Shown one piece after another: positions 9,638 to 21,940 of a stretch of 64,000 nucleotides of DNA (position 1 is the stretch's first letter; every line of letters starts with the position of its first letter). The stretch spans positions 2,208,001-2,272,000 of the forward strand of contig OY776562.1 of NCBI GenBank assembly GCA_963675785.1, in the 5' to 3' direction. A program made the translations under genes and the position numbers. A model generated the notes under the pieces. It was not told the origin of the DNA. It did no database searches and saw only the letters and a list, made by a program, of their open reading frames with translations. The stretch is from Anaerolineae bacterium (GTDB taxonomy: Bacteria > Chloroflexota > Anaerolineae > UBA1429).

Positions 9638-10429
9638 ATGCTCTCCGAGCTTGCTCTCGATTGTGAAACAGAAGCAAAACGGATCAAGGCATTCATTCGC
9701 GAGAAACTGGCAGAGGCTGGTTTCTCGCGTGTTGTTGTGGGGCTCTCTGGCGGCATTGATTCGGCGCTAACCTGCGCCCTATGTGCAGAGGCTCTCGGCG
9801 CCGAGAACGTTCAGGCCATGATTCTGCCCTATAAAACCAGCAATCCGGATAGCGCTACCCACGCCTGCCTCGAAGCTGAGCGCCTGGGCGTCGTCTGTGA
9901 GCAATTCGAAATCACCGATATGGTTGATTCTTTGGTTCGCGCCTACCCAGAGATGTCCTCGGGGCGCAAGGGCAACATTATGGCGCGTTGTCGCATGACG
10001 GTGCTGTTCGATCAATCCGCCGCCTTTAACGGGCTGGTGATGGGTACCAGCAATCGCACCGAGTTACTGCTCGGTTACTTTACCATGCACGGCGATGGCG
10101 CCGCCGCCATGGAGCCTTTGGGCCATCTCTACAAATGCCAGGTCAAAGATATTTCTCGACACCTGAACGTCACTCGTGCTATACTTGACAAGCAGCCGAG
10201 CGCTGACCTCTGGAAGGGACAAACCGACGAGGCCGAACTCGGCTTTAGCTATGACGAGGCTGACCAGGTGCTGTATTGGGCAACTGAAGTTGGCTTGAAC
10301 AAACAAGAAATCGCCTTGAAAGGCTTATCCCCAACGACTGTGGATGCCGTGCTGCAACGGATGAATGCAATGGCCTTTAAACTGCGCCCCATTCCAATGC
10401 CGGATACCCGCGGGCGCTGCAGCGAATAA
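9638..10429 (+). CDS. nadE: NH3-dependent NAD+ synthetase (no glutaminase domain)
   Basis: GLSGGIDS, GNIMARCRM, GTSNRTE, GYFTMHGDG, PSADLW.GQTDE; 263 aa. Confidence 0.95.
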   Translation: MLSELALDCETEAKRIKAFIREKLAEAGFSRVVVGLSGGIDSALTCALCAEALGAENVQAMILPYKTSNPDSATHACLEAERLGVVCEQFEITDMVDSLVRAYPEMSSGRKGNIMARCRMTVLFDQSAAFNGLVMGTSNRTELLLGYFTMHGDGAAAMEPLGHLYKCQVKDISRHLNVTRAILDKQPSADLWKGQTDEAELGFSYDEADQVLYWATEVGLNKQEIALKGLSPTTVDAVLQRMNAMAFKLRPIPMPDTRGRCSE

Positions 10430-10440
10430 CGGAGAACACA

Positions 10441-11562
10441 ATGGTTGAACGAACAAAAGGCCTCCTCGTACTCGAAGACGGCAGTGTATTTCCTGGCTAC
10501 TCGATGGGTGCCCAGGGTGAATTCGTCGGCGAGTTGGTTTTCAACACCAGCATGACGGGCTATCAGGAAATCATTACGGATCCCTCTTATTGGGGGCAGA
10601 TGGTAACCTTTACCTGCCCGCACATCGGCAACGTGGGCATCAACCGCGAAGACGCCGAATCGTGTGAGCCCATGGTGCGCGCCATCCTGGTGCGCGAAAT
10701 GTGCGAAACCCCCAGCAACTGGCGAGCGCAGCAACCATTGCCAGAGTACCTCGCTGAGTACAATATCCCCGCACTGGTGGGTTTGGATACCCGCCGCCTG
10801 ACACTGACCCTTCGCGATAAAGGTGTCATGCGCGCAGCCCTGGCCACTAACAGCACCGATAGTGCGCGTCTTTTGGAGATGGCCCGCAATGCGCCGGACA
10901 TGAGCGCTCTCTCGCCGGTCGAGCAGGTTGACACCGAGGCGGTGAGCGATTGGGCCGAGCCCGTTGCTGAAGCCTGGGATGCCATCAAGTTCAAGCAAAA
11001 AGACGCTCCGCACGTTGTGGTTATCGACTGCGGTATCAAGCACAACATCCTGCGCATTCTAAAAACACTGGGAGCCCGCGTTACAGTGGTGCCAGCCAAC
11101 ACCAGTGCTACTGATATCCTGACCCTAAACCCCAACGGTGTGCTCATTTCTAACGGCCCCGGCGACCCTGTTCAGGTACCTGCCACCGTAGAAAGCGTCC
11201 AACAGCTCATGGGCCAGGTACCCATCTTTGGCATTTGCCTGGGGCATCAGATCATTGGCCTCGCTTGCGGCGCCAAAACCTATAAATTGCCCTTTGGGCA
11301 CCATGGTGGCAACCATCCCGTCAAGAATCTGGCCACCGGCCAGGTAGAGATCACCGCCCAGAATCACAACTATGCAGTCGATGCCGAATCCATCAAGGAT
11401 TTGCCACTTGAGGTTACCCGTATCAACCTTTATGACAACACCATAGAGGGGCTCAAGCACACCAAGATGCCCGTCTGGTCTGTTCAATACCATCCGGAAG
11501 CTTCTCCGGGCCCACACGATAGTCTGCACGAGCTGGCAAGTTTCGTTGCCTCTATTGCCTGA
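10441..11562 (+). CDS. carA: Carbamoyl-phosphate synthase small subunit
   Basis: GELVFNTSMTGYQE, TDPSY, SNGPGDP, GICLGHQ and QYHPEASPGP. Confidence 0.97.
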   Translation: MVERTKGLLVLEDGSVFPGYSMGAQGEFVGELVFNTSMTGYQEIITDPSYWGQMVTFTCPHIGNVGINREDAESCEPMVRAILVREMCETPSNWRAQQPLPEYLAEYNIPALVGLDTRRLTLTLRDKGVMRAALATNSTDSARLLEMARNAPDMSALSPVEQVDTEAVSDWAEPVAEAWDAIKFKQKDAPHVVVIDCGIKHNILRILKTLGARVTVVPANTSATDILTLNPNGVLISNGPGDPVQVPATVESVQQLMGQVPIFGICLGHQIIGLACGAKTYKLPFGHHGGNHPVKNLATGQVEITAQNHNYAVDAESIKDLPLEVTRINLYDNTIEGLKHTKMPVWSVQYHPEASPGPHDSLHELASFVASIA

Positions 11563-11582
11563 GCGCAACACAGGGAGTCGCC

Positions 11583-12536
11583 ATGAACGACAGCATCATC
11601 GATATCCAGAGCCTCACCAAACGCTACCCCGGTAGTGCTATGCTGGCAGTGGATCATCTCACCCTTTCCATAAAAAGGGGGGAGATCTTTTCACTGTTGG
11701 GCCCCAACGGTGCCGGCAAGACCACAACCATCTCAATGTTGAGCTGTCTCCTTACCCCCACTGAAGGCGACGCCCTTATAAGTGGACACTCTGTTACCAA
11801 CGACTCTTTGGCTGCCCGCCGCATCATCGGCATCGTGCCCCAAGAAGTTGCTCTCTATGATGATCTCAGTGCCCGTGAAAACCTGCTTTTCTGGGGGCGC
11901 ATGTACGGGATGCAGGGCAAGCCACTTTCAACCAAAGCAGACGAGATTCTAGAGCGCATCGGCCTCACAGATCGAGCCAAGGATCGGCTCTCTACCTTTT
12001 CGGGCGGTATGAAACGCCGCCTGAATGTGGGCGTAGGCCTCATTCACAGTCCCGAAATTGTCTATATGGATGAACCCACAGTTGGCATCGATCCGCAAAG
12101 TCGCCGCAGTATCCTCGACATGGTCAAAGATTTGAACCAGCAGGGCATGACCGTGCTCTATACCACCCACTATATGGAAGAAGCTCAAGAGCTCTCAGAC
12201 CGCGTGGGCATTATGGACCACGGCAAGATCATCGCCCTGGGCACCCAGGCCGAGCTCACCGAAATGGTGGGCGAACGCGAGGTGCTGCGCCTCTATCTCA
12301 GCGAAATACAATCTGCCGAAAATCTGGCTACCCTATTGCAAGAGCTGGATGTCGTCTTTGATGCTTCTGCTGTCGACCATCAAGTCATTATAAGCACCGC
12401 AGACGCCAGTGAAGCTTTGCCCGCGGTCATGTCAGCCGCCGCCGTAAACGGTTTTACCATTCGCTCTGTCGACATCCAAGAGCCCAACCTGGAAGCCGTG
12501 TTCCTGCACCTCACCGGTCGAGCATTGAGAGATTAA
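11583..12536 (+). CDS. ABC exporter ATP-binding protein (DrrA/LnrL-like)
   Basis: GPNGAGKTT, FSGGMKRR, MDEPTVGIDPQSR, TTHYMEEA, and C-terminal EPNLEAVFLHLTGRALRD. Confidence 0.92.
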   Translation: MNDSIIDIQSLTKRYPGSAMLAVDHLTLSIKRGEIFSLLGPNGAGKTTTISMLSCLLTPTEGDALISGHSVTNDSLAARRIIGIVPQEVALYDDLSARENLLFWGRMYGMQGKPLSTKADEILERIGLTDRAKDRLSTFSGGMKRRLNVGVGLIHSPEIVYMDEPTVGIDPQSRRSILDMVKDLNQQGMTVLYTTHYMEEAQELSDRVGIMDHGKIIALGTQAELTEMVGEREVLRLYLSEIQSAENLATLLQELDVVFDASAVDHQVIISTADASEALPAVMSAAAVNGFTIRSVDIQEPNLEAVFLHLTGRALRD

Positions 12537-12537
12537 C

Positions 12538-13779
12538 ATGAAAATCCTCAACGTGGCCTGGAAAGAGATTCTCACTACTTATCGAGATCGCGCAGCGCTC
12601 ATTACCATGCTCGTAGCCCCCTTTGCGCTGACCCTGGTGATGCTTTTTGCCTTTGGCAACTCTGGTACTGTAGTCTTGGAGAATATCCCCGTGGCTATCG
12701 TGAACCAGGATGGCGGGGAACTCGGACAGGCACTTGTTGATGTTTTCGAAAGCGACGAACTCGCAGACCTCCTCGAACCCAGTTTGGTTGGCACTGCTAC
12801 CGAAGCCAAAGCCTTGGTAGACGAAGACAAAGCTGCCGCAGCCGTCATTATTCCGGCAGAACTGACCTCGATCATTACCACGGGCGGCCCCCCGGCAACA
12901 GATGCCCTGGCCACCATTGAAGTCTACCAAAACCCCGGGCGCACACTCAGCGCTCAGATCATTGCTGGCATCACGGATCAATTCGCAGGCAACATAGTTG
13001 CTGGTTATACCAGCGGCCATCTTCTTTGGGAGACGCTGACTGCATCTGGCAGCATTCCAACTGATGAATTGCAGATTCAAATCGAAAGCCTCGTCAACGC
13101 CTCTATCAGTAACACGATCATCACAGTGAACGCGACTGAACAAAATATCAGCCAAGCACAATCGAGCAGCGACTTTAACTGGGCCCAGTACATGGGCCCC
13201 AGTATGGCCATCCTTTTTCTCATGTTCAGCGTTGCGCGTGGGGGGCGCATCTTGCTTGTTGAGCAAGATCAGGGGACCTTGTCGCGTATGCTGGCCTCGC
13301 CCACACGCCCGAGCCACATTCTGATTGGCAAAGTGCTGGGCATTGTATCCGCCAGTATCTTGCAAATGCTCATTCTCATGGTGGCCATGCGTTTGCTTAT
13401 GAACGTAAGCTGGGGCCCCTTTGGCCCCGTGCTGGCCATCATCGTAGCAGTAAGTCTTGCGGCAACAGCCTGGGGCATTCTGATCGGAACCCGCGCACGT
13501 ACGGTCGCTCAAGCTGGCAATCTGGGCACGGCCATCTCGCTCATCTTTGCCGCTGCATCCGGGAACTTTTACCCGCGCTCAACCCTGCCCGAGTTTCTTC
13601 AAAAAGCCAGCCTCATATCACCCAATGCCTGGGCGCTCGATGCTTTTGAAAGCCTAGCCCAGGGCGGTGGAATGCAAGATGTCCTCATCCCTGTCATCGG
13701 GCTATTGGTCATGACCTTGATACTGGGCAGTATCGCCGTGCTTTCCTTCCGGCGCCGCTATGCGAGTGCACAGGCATGA
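12538..13779 (+). CDS. ABC-2 type exporter permease
   Basis: N-terminal TM, large extracytoplasmic loop, EQDQGTLSRMLASP motif, five C-terminal TMs. Confidence 0.88.
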   Translation: MKILNVAWKEILTTYRDRAALITMLVAPFALTLVMLFAFGNSGTVVLENIPVAIVNQDGGELGQALVDVFESDELADLLEPSLVGTATEAKALVDEDKAAAAVIIPAELTSIITTGGPPATDALATIEVYQNPGRTLSAQIIAGITDQFAGNIVAGYTSGHLLWETLTASGSIPTDELQIQIESLVNASISNTIITVNATEQNISQAQSSSDFNWAQYMGPSMAILFLMFSVARGGRILLVEQDQGTLSRMLASPTRPSHILIGKVLGIVSASILQMLILMVAMRLLMNVSWGPFGPVLAIIVAVSLAATAWGILIGTRARTVAQAGNLGTAISLIFAAASGNFYPRSTLPEFLQKASLISPNAWALDAFESLAQGGGMQDVLIPVIGLLVMTLILGSIAVLSFRRRYASAQA

Positions 13780-14987
13780 GAAAAATACTGGCCCTGGCCT
13801 GGAATAACATCCGCCTGGAACTCTCTGATCGATCTTCCCTAGTCTTTTTGCTGATTCTGCCCTTGGCCTTTACCTACATCATCGGCATTGCTATGGGGGG
13901 CGCCTATGAACCAGAATCCAATGCCAGCACCGATACCCGACACCCCGTCATCGTGGTCGATCAGGATGCATCCGCACTATCAGCACAGCTCATTGCTGTC
14001 ATAGAGACCTCGCAGATCATTCGTCCTGTTGAACAGAATCTATCCGATGCCATTGATATTTTTAAGGGCCAAGGGGTATCTGCCTACGTAGTTATACCAG
14101 CTGGCTTTGGCGCAAGCATCACTACTGGGCAGCCCACTTTGCTGGATCTGGTAACGGCTGCGGGAGACAATTATGCCCTGACCACGGGGCAGGCCGTACA
14201 GGCTGCCGTTGCTGAACTCAACGCAATCCTAAGCGCCGCAAAAACAACAACGGATATACTGGTCAGCCTCAATGCCTCGTCTTTACCCTATGACCAACTG
14301 CTTCAAGAAAACCTGCAAGCCGCCAGTGCCGTCGCTGCAGAGGCTCCGGTTACGGTGCTGCATACAGGCCCCTCGGCCACAACATCAGAAATAGCTGTTG
14401 GCTTTGCCCAAACTTCTCCCGGCCAGTTGGTCACCTGGGTACTGATCACACTCCTAGGCAGCTCTGTAGTCATTGCCAGCGAGCGCACCAAAGGCACACT
14501 TTATCGCCTTATGGCCGCCCCCTTGAGTAAAGGGCAAATACTCGCCGGCATCATTCTGGGGCGGCTGGCGTTGGGATTGGTTCAGATCATCATTCTCATC
14601 GGTTTTGGATCTCTGGTTTTAGGTGTAGACTGGGGAAGTTCATATTCAGCTTTGGCGCTGCTCTCGCTCAGCTTTGCGCTGGCTGCCGTAGCGCTTGGTT
14701 TGCTCATCGGCGTGCTTAGTAAAACAGCGGCACAGGCGCGCGAGCTAACCACTGCCATATCCATGATTACAGCAGCCCTTGGCGGCGCTTGGTGGCCCAT
14801 GGAAATCACACCCCAGCTCTACCAGACTGCTGTCAAAATCCTGCCAACAACTTGGGCTATGCAGGGCTTCACAGATGTAATTCTGCGAGGACAGGATGTT
14901 TCGGGTATACTGATAGAAACACTTGTCCTGTTAGGGTTCGCTGTCGCATTCTTTGCTTTCAGTGCTAAAAAGTTTGACTATGAGTAA
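13776..14987 (+). CDS. ABC-2 type exporter permease
   Basis: Same topology; ERTKGTLYRLMAAP and LGGAWWP motifs; ATGA overlap with the previous gene. Confidence 0.88.
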   Translation: MRKILALAWNNIRLELSDRSSLVFLLILPLAFTYIIGIAMGGAYEPESNASTDTRHPVIVVDQDASALSAQLIAVIETSQIIRPVEQNLSDAIDIFKGQGVSAYVVIPAGFGASITTGQPTLLDLVTAAGDNYALTTGQAVQAAVAELNAILSAAKTTTDILVSLNASSLPYDQLLQENLQAASAVAAEAPVTVLHTGPSATTSEIAVGFAQTSPGQLVTWVLITLLGSSVVIASERTKGTLYRLMAAPLSKGQILAGIILGRLALGLVQIIILIGFGSLVLGVDWGSSYSALALLSLSFALAAVALGLLIGVLSKTAAQARELTTAISMITAALGGAWWPMEITPQLYQTAVKILPTTWAMQGFTDVILRGQDVSGILIETLVLLGFAVAFFAFSAKKFDYE

Positions 14988-15249
14988 AGGCAGAGCGGTA
15001 AACATGCATCATAGACACTCGCCTCTTTGTACTCCCGGCGCCGCGTGCGTCCAGTTTCGTCTGAGGACCAAGGCAGGCATCGTCTAGGTGTCTGCCTGAT
15101 CCGTGGAACCTCACCATACTATCATCGAAGATAGTATGCGGCTGTGAAGCCGCCCCATCACCGTACGATATCACACCCCATCGCCAAAGAAACAACGCGT
15201 TTGCGCCCTTGTGTGAACGCATGACATACTACAGATACGAGAGGCTGTT

Positions 15250-18465
<3,216 letters not shown>

Positions 18466-18468
18466 CCC

Positions 18469-19971
18469 ATGGAAAACGACGGAAGCGTTACGGTCTCTGA
18501 AGTACTTCATCTGGCGTTACCACCCAACTCGCATGTATTGGGAGGTCAAGCGGGATTGTGCCGCATTGTGCGCGGCTTGGCCATTCAGAGAAGCACCTTT
18601 CCTCTGTTCGGCTCCATGAAACCGGGCTTTGCTGTTCTAGCACAGCCAAGCAAGGCACAACTCGTCGATAGTAACCTGACACCCGCTTACCTCTTGCGCG
18701 AGATGGGCCGTATGCGCATGGCTGTGCTCATCATCGATGAACCAGCTGCAGAAGAAGATATCCAGACTGCTGAAGAGCTGGGCATTCCGTTAATTCTCGT
18801 CCCGCCTATTGACGACACAGCGCTGTTGCAGCGAGCCATCCTGCGCAGTATCCATGACCACGATGCTCAGTTGGTAATCCGCGAACGAGAGCTTCGCACC
18901 CATCTGGAGCAACTTTTAAGCCAGGGGAGTATCCAGCCCGTGTTGGATGAGCTGTCTAGTCTCATCGGAAATGCCGTACACCTCATCGATGAGAATGGTC
19001 TTACCGTCGGCCAAGATAGCAACCACAAAAACGAGCCCCTCTCAGAAAACTCGGCACGCTTTGCAGTGCGCGTCGGAGGGCGCCATCTGGGTATGCTGCA
19101 TATCAACATCTCTCGGGCCGAATGTACGCCCGTTCAGATGATGTATGGCCGCGAAGGGGCCAATGTTTGTGCCATTGAGCTCATTCAGACTGTTGCACGC
19201 CGCGAAACTGAAGATCGTATTGGGGCTGACCTCGTAGCTAGTGTACTTTCTGGAGAGATTGATACAGACACCGTGTATGCCAGATTATCTCGACTAGGCT
19301 ATGTTCCCGATGCTGCCAGTATGCAAATCGTCGTAGCAATTGATGAGCATAAGGGCAAAGGCCAGGCCAGGCGCGTGGCCAATGATCTTGCCTGGGCAGC
19401 CCAGAGCCGCAATCGGCTCGCCGTAGCGCTCAAACACGGCAACCTAACGCTGGTACTCTCCGAATGGCCAACCCAGGTAAGCGAGATAGCCATCAAATCT
19501 TGGTTAGCGCAGATCAACGACTCGGCAGAAAACTGCGCCATTGGTGTAAGCCGCAAAACGCGAGACATGAACGAGCTTGAACACGCCATCGTTCAGGCAA
19601 TCGAGGCTTGCGAGATGGGTCAGCGTGTGCAGGGCATTCCCAGTCCATATCACTATGAAGACCTAGGACTCTATCGGTTGCTCACTGGCTTGCGCGATCG
19701 CAAAGAACTCCGCATGTTTTACCAGGAGACGCTGGGGGCTTTGCTCGCTTACGATCAAGAGCACCATGGCGATCTTTTGCGCACACTCGAAGTCTATTTT
19801 GATCAAGGCATGAACGCCAGCAGCACCGCCCGTGCGCTGTATGTACATCGCAACACGTTAACCTATCGACTGCGCCGCATCGAAGAGATCACCGAAGTTT
19901 CCTTACAAGATGCCCAAGCGCGTCTTACACTGCAGGTAGCCCTCAAGGTTCACCAACTCATTCTGGAATGA
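18469..19971 (+). CDS. PucR/CdaR-family transcriptional regulator
   Basis: N-terminal PucR-like domain (V..VL..ALP...VLGG..GL.R.V), GGDEF-like middle (AIGVS), YEDLGLYRLL, and C-terminal HTH TARALYVHRNTLTYRLRRIEE. Confidence 0.92.
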   Translation: MENDGSVTVSEVLHLALPPNSHVLGGQAGLCRIVRGLAIQRSTFPLFGSMKPGFAVLAQPSKAQLVDSNLTPAYLLREMGRMRMAVLIIDEPAAEEDIQTAEELGIPLILVPPIDDTALLQRAILRSIHDHDAQLVIRERELRTHLEQLLSQGSIQPVLDELSSLIGNAVHLIDENGLTVGQDSNHKNEPLSENSARFAVRVGGRHLGMLHINISRAECTPVQMMYGREGANVCAIELIQTVARRETEDRIGADLVASVLSGEIDTDTVYARLSRLGYVPDAASMQIVVAIDEHKGKGQARRVANDLAWAAQSRNRLAVALKHGNLTLVLSEWPTQVSEIAIKSWLAQINDSAENCAIGVSRKTRDMNELEHAIVQAIEACEMGQRVQGIPSPYHYEDLGLYRLLTGLRDRKELRMFYQETLGALLAYDQEHHGDLLRTLEVYFDQGMNASSTARALYVHRNTLTYRLRRIEEITEVSLQDAQARLTLQVALKVHQLILE

Positions 19972-19973
19972 GT

Positions 19974-20027
19974 ATAGTGTTGTGCAATATGCACAACACT
20001 ATGTCTACATGACTTGTGCATGAACAA
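19974..20027. promoter_or_regulatory. Inverted-repeat operator upstream of glnA (TTGTGC-N5-GCACAA) with a second imperfect site
   Basis: Perfect 13-bp arms ATAGTGTTGTGCA-ATA-TGCACAACACTAT (19974-20002), then TTGTGCATGAACAA (20014-20027). No U-tract. Confidence 0.7.
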
Positions 20028-20044
20028 CGAGGTTCGAGCCGAGG

Positions 20045-20073
20045 TCTTGAACTATATTATCCTTTGTTATTCT
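20045..20073 (+). promoter_or_regulatory. Putative glnA promoter
   Basis: Extended -10 TGtTATTCT (20065-20073), same hexamer as the glt promoter; weak -35 region TCTTGA. Confidence 0.5.
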
Positions 20074-20149
20074 TACGCCGACTGCGAATGAACCGCGCTA
20101 TCAACGAGGATGCCTGGTGCGCTCGGCCCAGTGACTTTGGGAGAAAAGC

Positions 20150-21481
20150 ATGGTAACCAAAACCAAGGAAATGATCCTCAAGGCAGCCAGCGAAAAGGAA
20201 CTTCGCTTCCTCGACCTCCAGTTCACAGACATCGTCGGTATGGTCAAGAACATCACTGTACCCGTGTCGCAGCTCGAAAGCGTTCTCGATAACGGGATCT
20301 GGTTCGATGGTTCTTCAATCGAGGGCTTTGCTCGTATCAGTGAGAGCGACATGTTCTTGCGCCCCGATCTCGATACATTTGCCTTTATTCCCTGGCAGAA
20401 TGGCGAACACAAGACCGCTCGAATCATCTGCAACGTATTCACACCATCCGGCGAGCGCTTTATGGGCGCCCCGCGCACGGCCCTTCAGGTTGCCCTAGAA
20501 GAGGCTGCCGAGTTGGGTTATGATTTCCGCACCGGCCCAGAGCTAGAGTTCTTCCTTTTCAAGACGGATGAAAACGGTGACCCCATTCCGGGTGCAACGC
20601 AAGATGATGCCGGCTATTTCGATTCCAGCATCGATCGCGGCACCTACGTTCGCCAGGCCATTACCACCGCCCTTGAGGGTTTTGGTATCGAGGTTGAAGC
20701 GGCTCACCACGAGGTGGCCAAAGGCCAGCAGGAAATCGACTTTAAATACGGCAACGCCCTCAAATCAGCCGACAGCGCTGTAACATTCAAGCTCGCTGCC
20801 AAGGCCATTGCTGAACAGAACGGGCTGCATGCTACTTTTATGCCCAAACCCATTGCTTATATCAACGGCTCGGGCATGCATGTTCACATGAGTCTTGCCG
20901 ACATCAAGACCGGCGAAAACCTCTTTGCAGATGACGCCGATCCTTATAGCCTCTCCAAGATCGCCAAGTTCTTTATGGCCGGCGTTCTCAAGCACGCCCG
21001 CGCTCTGGCAGGCATTGTTGCACCTACCGTCAACTCCTACAAGCGCCTTGTCCCCGGCTACGAAGCACCCGTTTATGTTAGTTGGGCGCGCATCAACCGC
21101 TCTGCACTCATTCGTATCCCGCGGTTTGCAGTACCCGCCGCCACCCGCATTGAGCTGCGCTGCCCCGATCCCAGCTGCAACCCTTACCTGGCCTTTAGTG
21201 TCATGCTCAAGGCCGGCTTGGATGGTATCAAAAACGAGATCGAGCTGATTGAACCGACCGAAGAGAACCTATTCGAGTCCGAATGGGCCCGTGAAGGTCT
21301 CGCCACGCTACCTGGTTCTCTCGGCGAAGCCATTGAAGAAATGCAAAAAGATCCCCTCATCGAAGAAGCTCTCGGTTCCCATATCTATGAGCGCTTTATC
21401 GATGCCAAGCAGCAGGAATGGGACGAGTATCGCCTTTCGGTCAGCCCATGGGAGCTCGACCGTTACATGAAAAAGTTCTAA
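20150..21481 (+). CDS. glnA: Glutamine synthetase type I (GSI-alpha-like)
   Basis: FDGSSIEGF, GPELEFFLF, HHEVA, TFMPKP...NGSGMHVH, NSYKRLVPGYEAP, RIELRCPDP; 443 aa. NLF rather than NLY at the adenylylation site. Confidence 0.96.
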   Translation: MVTKTKEMILKAASEKELRFLDLQFTDIVGMVKNITVPVSQLESVLDNGIWFDGSSIEGFARISESDMFLRPDLDTFAFIPWQNGEHKTARIICNVFTPSGERFMGAPRTALQVALEEAAELGYDFRTGPELEFFLFKTDENGDPIPGATQDDAGYFDSSIDRGTYVRQAITTALEGFGIEVEAAHHEVAKGQQEIDFKYGNALKSADSAVTFKLAAKAIAEQNGLHATFMPKPIAYINGSGMHVHMSLADIKTGENLFADDADPYSLSKIAKFFMAGVLKHARALAGIVAPTVNSYKRLVPGYEAPVYVSWARINRSALIRIPRFAVPAATRIELRCPDPSCNPYLAFSVMLKAGLDGIKNEIELIEPTEENLFESEWAREGLATLPGSLGEAIEEMQKDPLIEEALGSHIYERFIDAKQQEWDEYRLSVSPWELDRYMKKF

Positions 21482-21507
21482 ACAACGACTTTAAATTCAA
21501 CCAATTA

Positions 21508-21539
21508 AGAAAGGCCATGCATAAATGCATGGCCTTTCT
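21508..21539 (+). terminator. Terminator after glnA
   Basis: Perfect inverted repeat AGAAAGGCCATGCAT-AA-ATGCATGGCCTTTCT. Confidence 0.8.
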
Positions 21540-21940
21540 GGTTCTGCTCGGCAGCTTTTTGAGATGCCCCAACCTAAATAGAACGCGTCAGGGAAGGGAG
21601 CTGGTCACAAATGTAATACACTAGGCACAAGTGGCACCCCAACAATCTGGAGCAGTAAACCCAATTTTGCAGTGATGAGGTAGCAAGAACATACTCGCTA
21701 GAGAGATCCGGGAGAGACGCCTTTGTCTTCTCCCGGGGAATTTTCACCAAAGCAGCCAAATGATCACGCTGGCAGACACAGGGAGATTTGGATTTTGCGG
21801 CTGCTTTGGATGGCTTGACCTGTGTAATAGCACCTCCTCCCTCTACTAGAGTGCTTTTTACCCCACCCACGCCTACATCATAGGCAAGGCCTGTTCAAAA
21901 GCTGTTCAGCAAAAGTGAGGATAAAGTTGGGTTCGAAACC

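Noticed and set aside
10249-13512. Long antisense ORFs (264 aa and 333 aa) opposite carA and the permease; similar ones opposite mtnA, murG, murF and nrdR
   Set aside because: Mirror frames of well-supported genes with no protein-like motifs.
15050-15075. CTGAGGA resembling a hammerhead ribozyme core
   Set aside because: The required GAAA is on the opposite strand; no three-stem junction can be built.
15130-15172. GTATGCGG..CCGC..CGTAC resembling group II intron domain V
   Set aside because: No AGC/CGC triad, an oversize bulge, and no domain VI or RT gene.
14965-15222. 85-aa minus-strand ORF in the carB leader
   Set aside because: Antisense to the operon, overlaps the permease end, and has no motif.
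20084-20111. Possible ANTAR hairpins in the glnA leader (and CTC-AATGCT-GAG over the NSS RBS at 25829-25840)
   Set aside because: Only 3-bp stems, one 7-nt loop, a 3-nt linker or no partner hairpin, and no terminator; likely chance.
21574-21870. 98-aa minus-strand ORF
   Set aside because: No RBS before the start, no recognisable domain, and it overlaps strong RNA stems; not called as a CDS.
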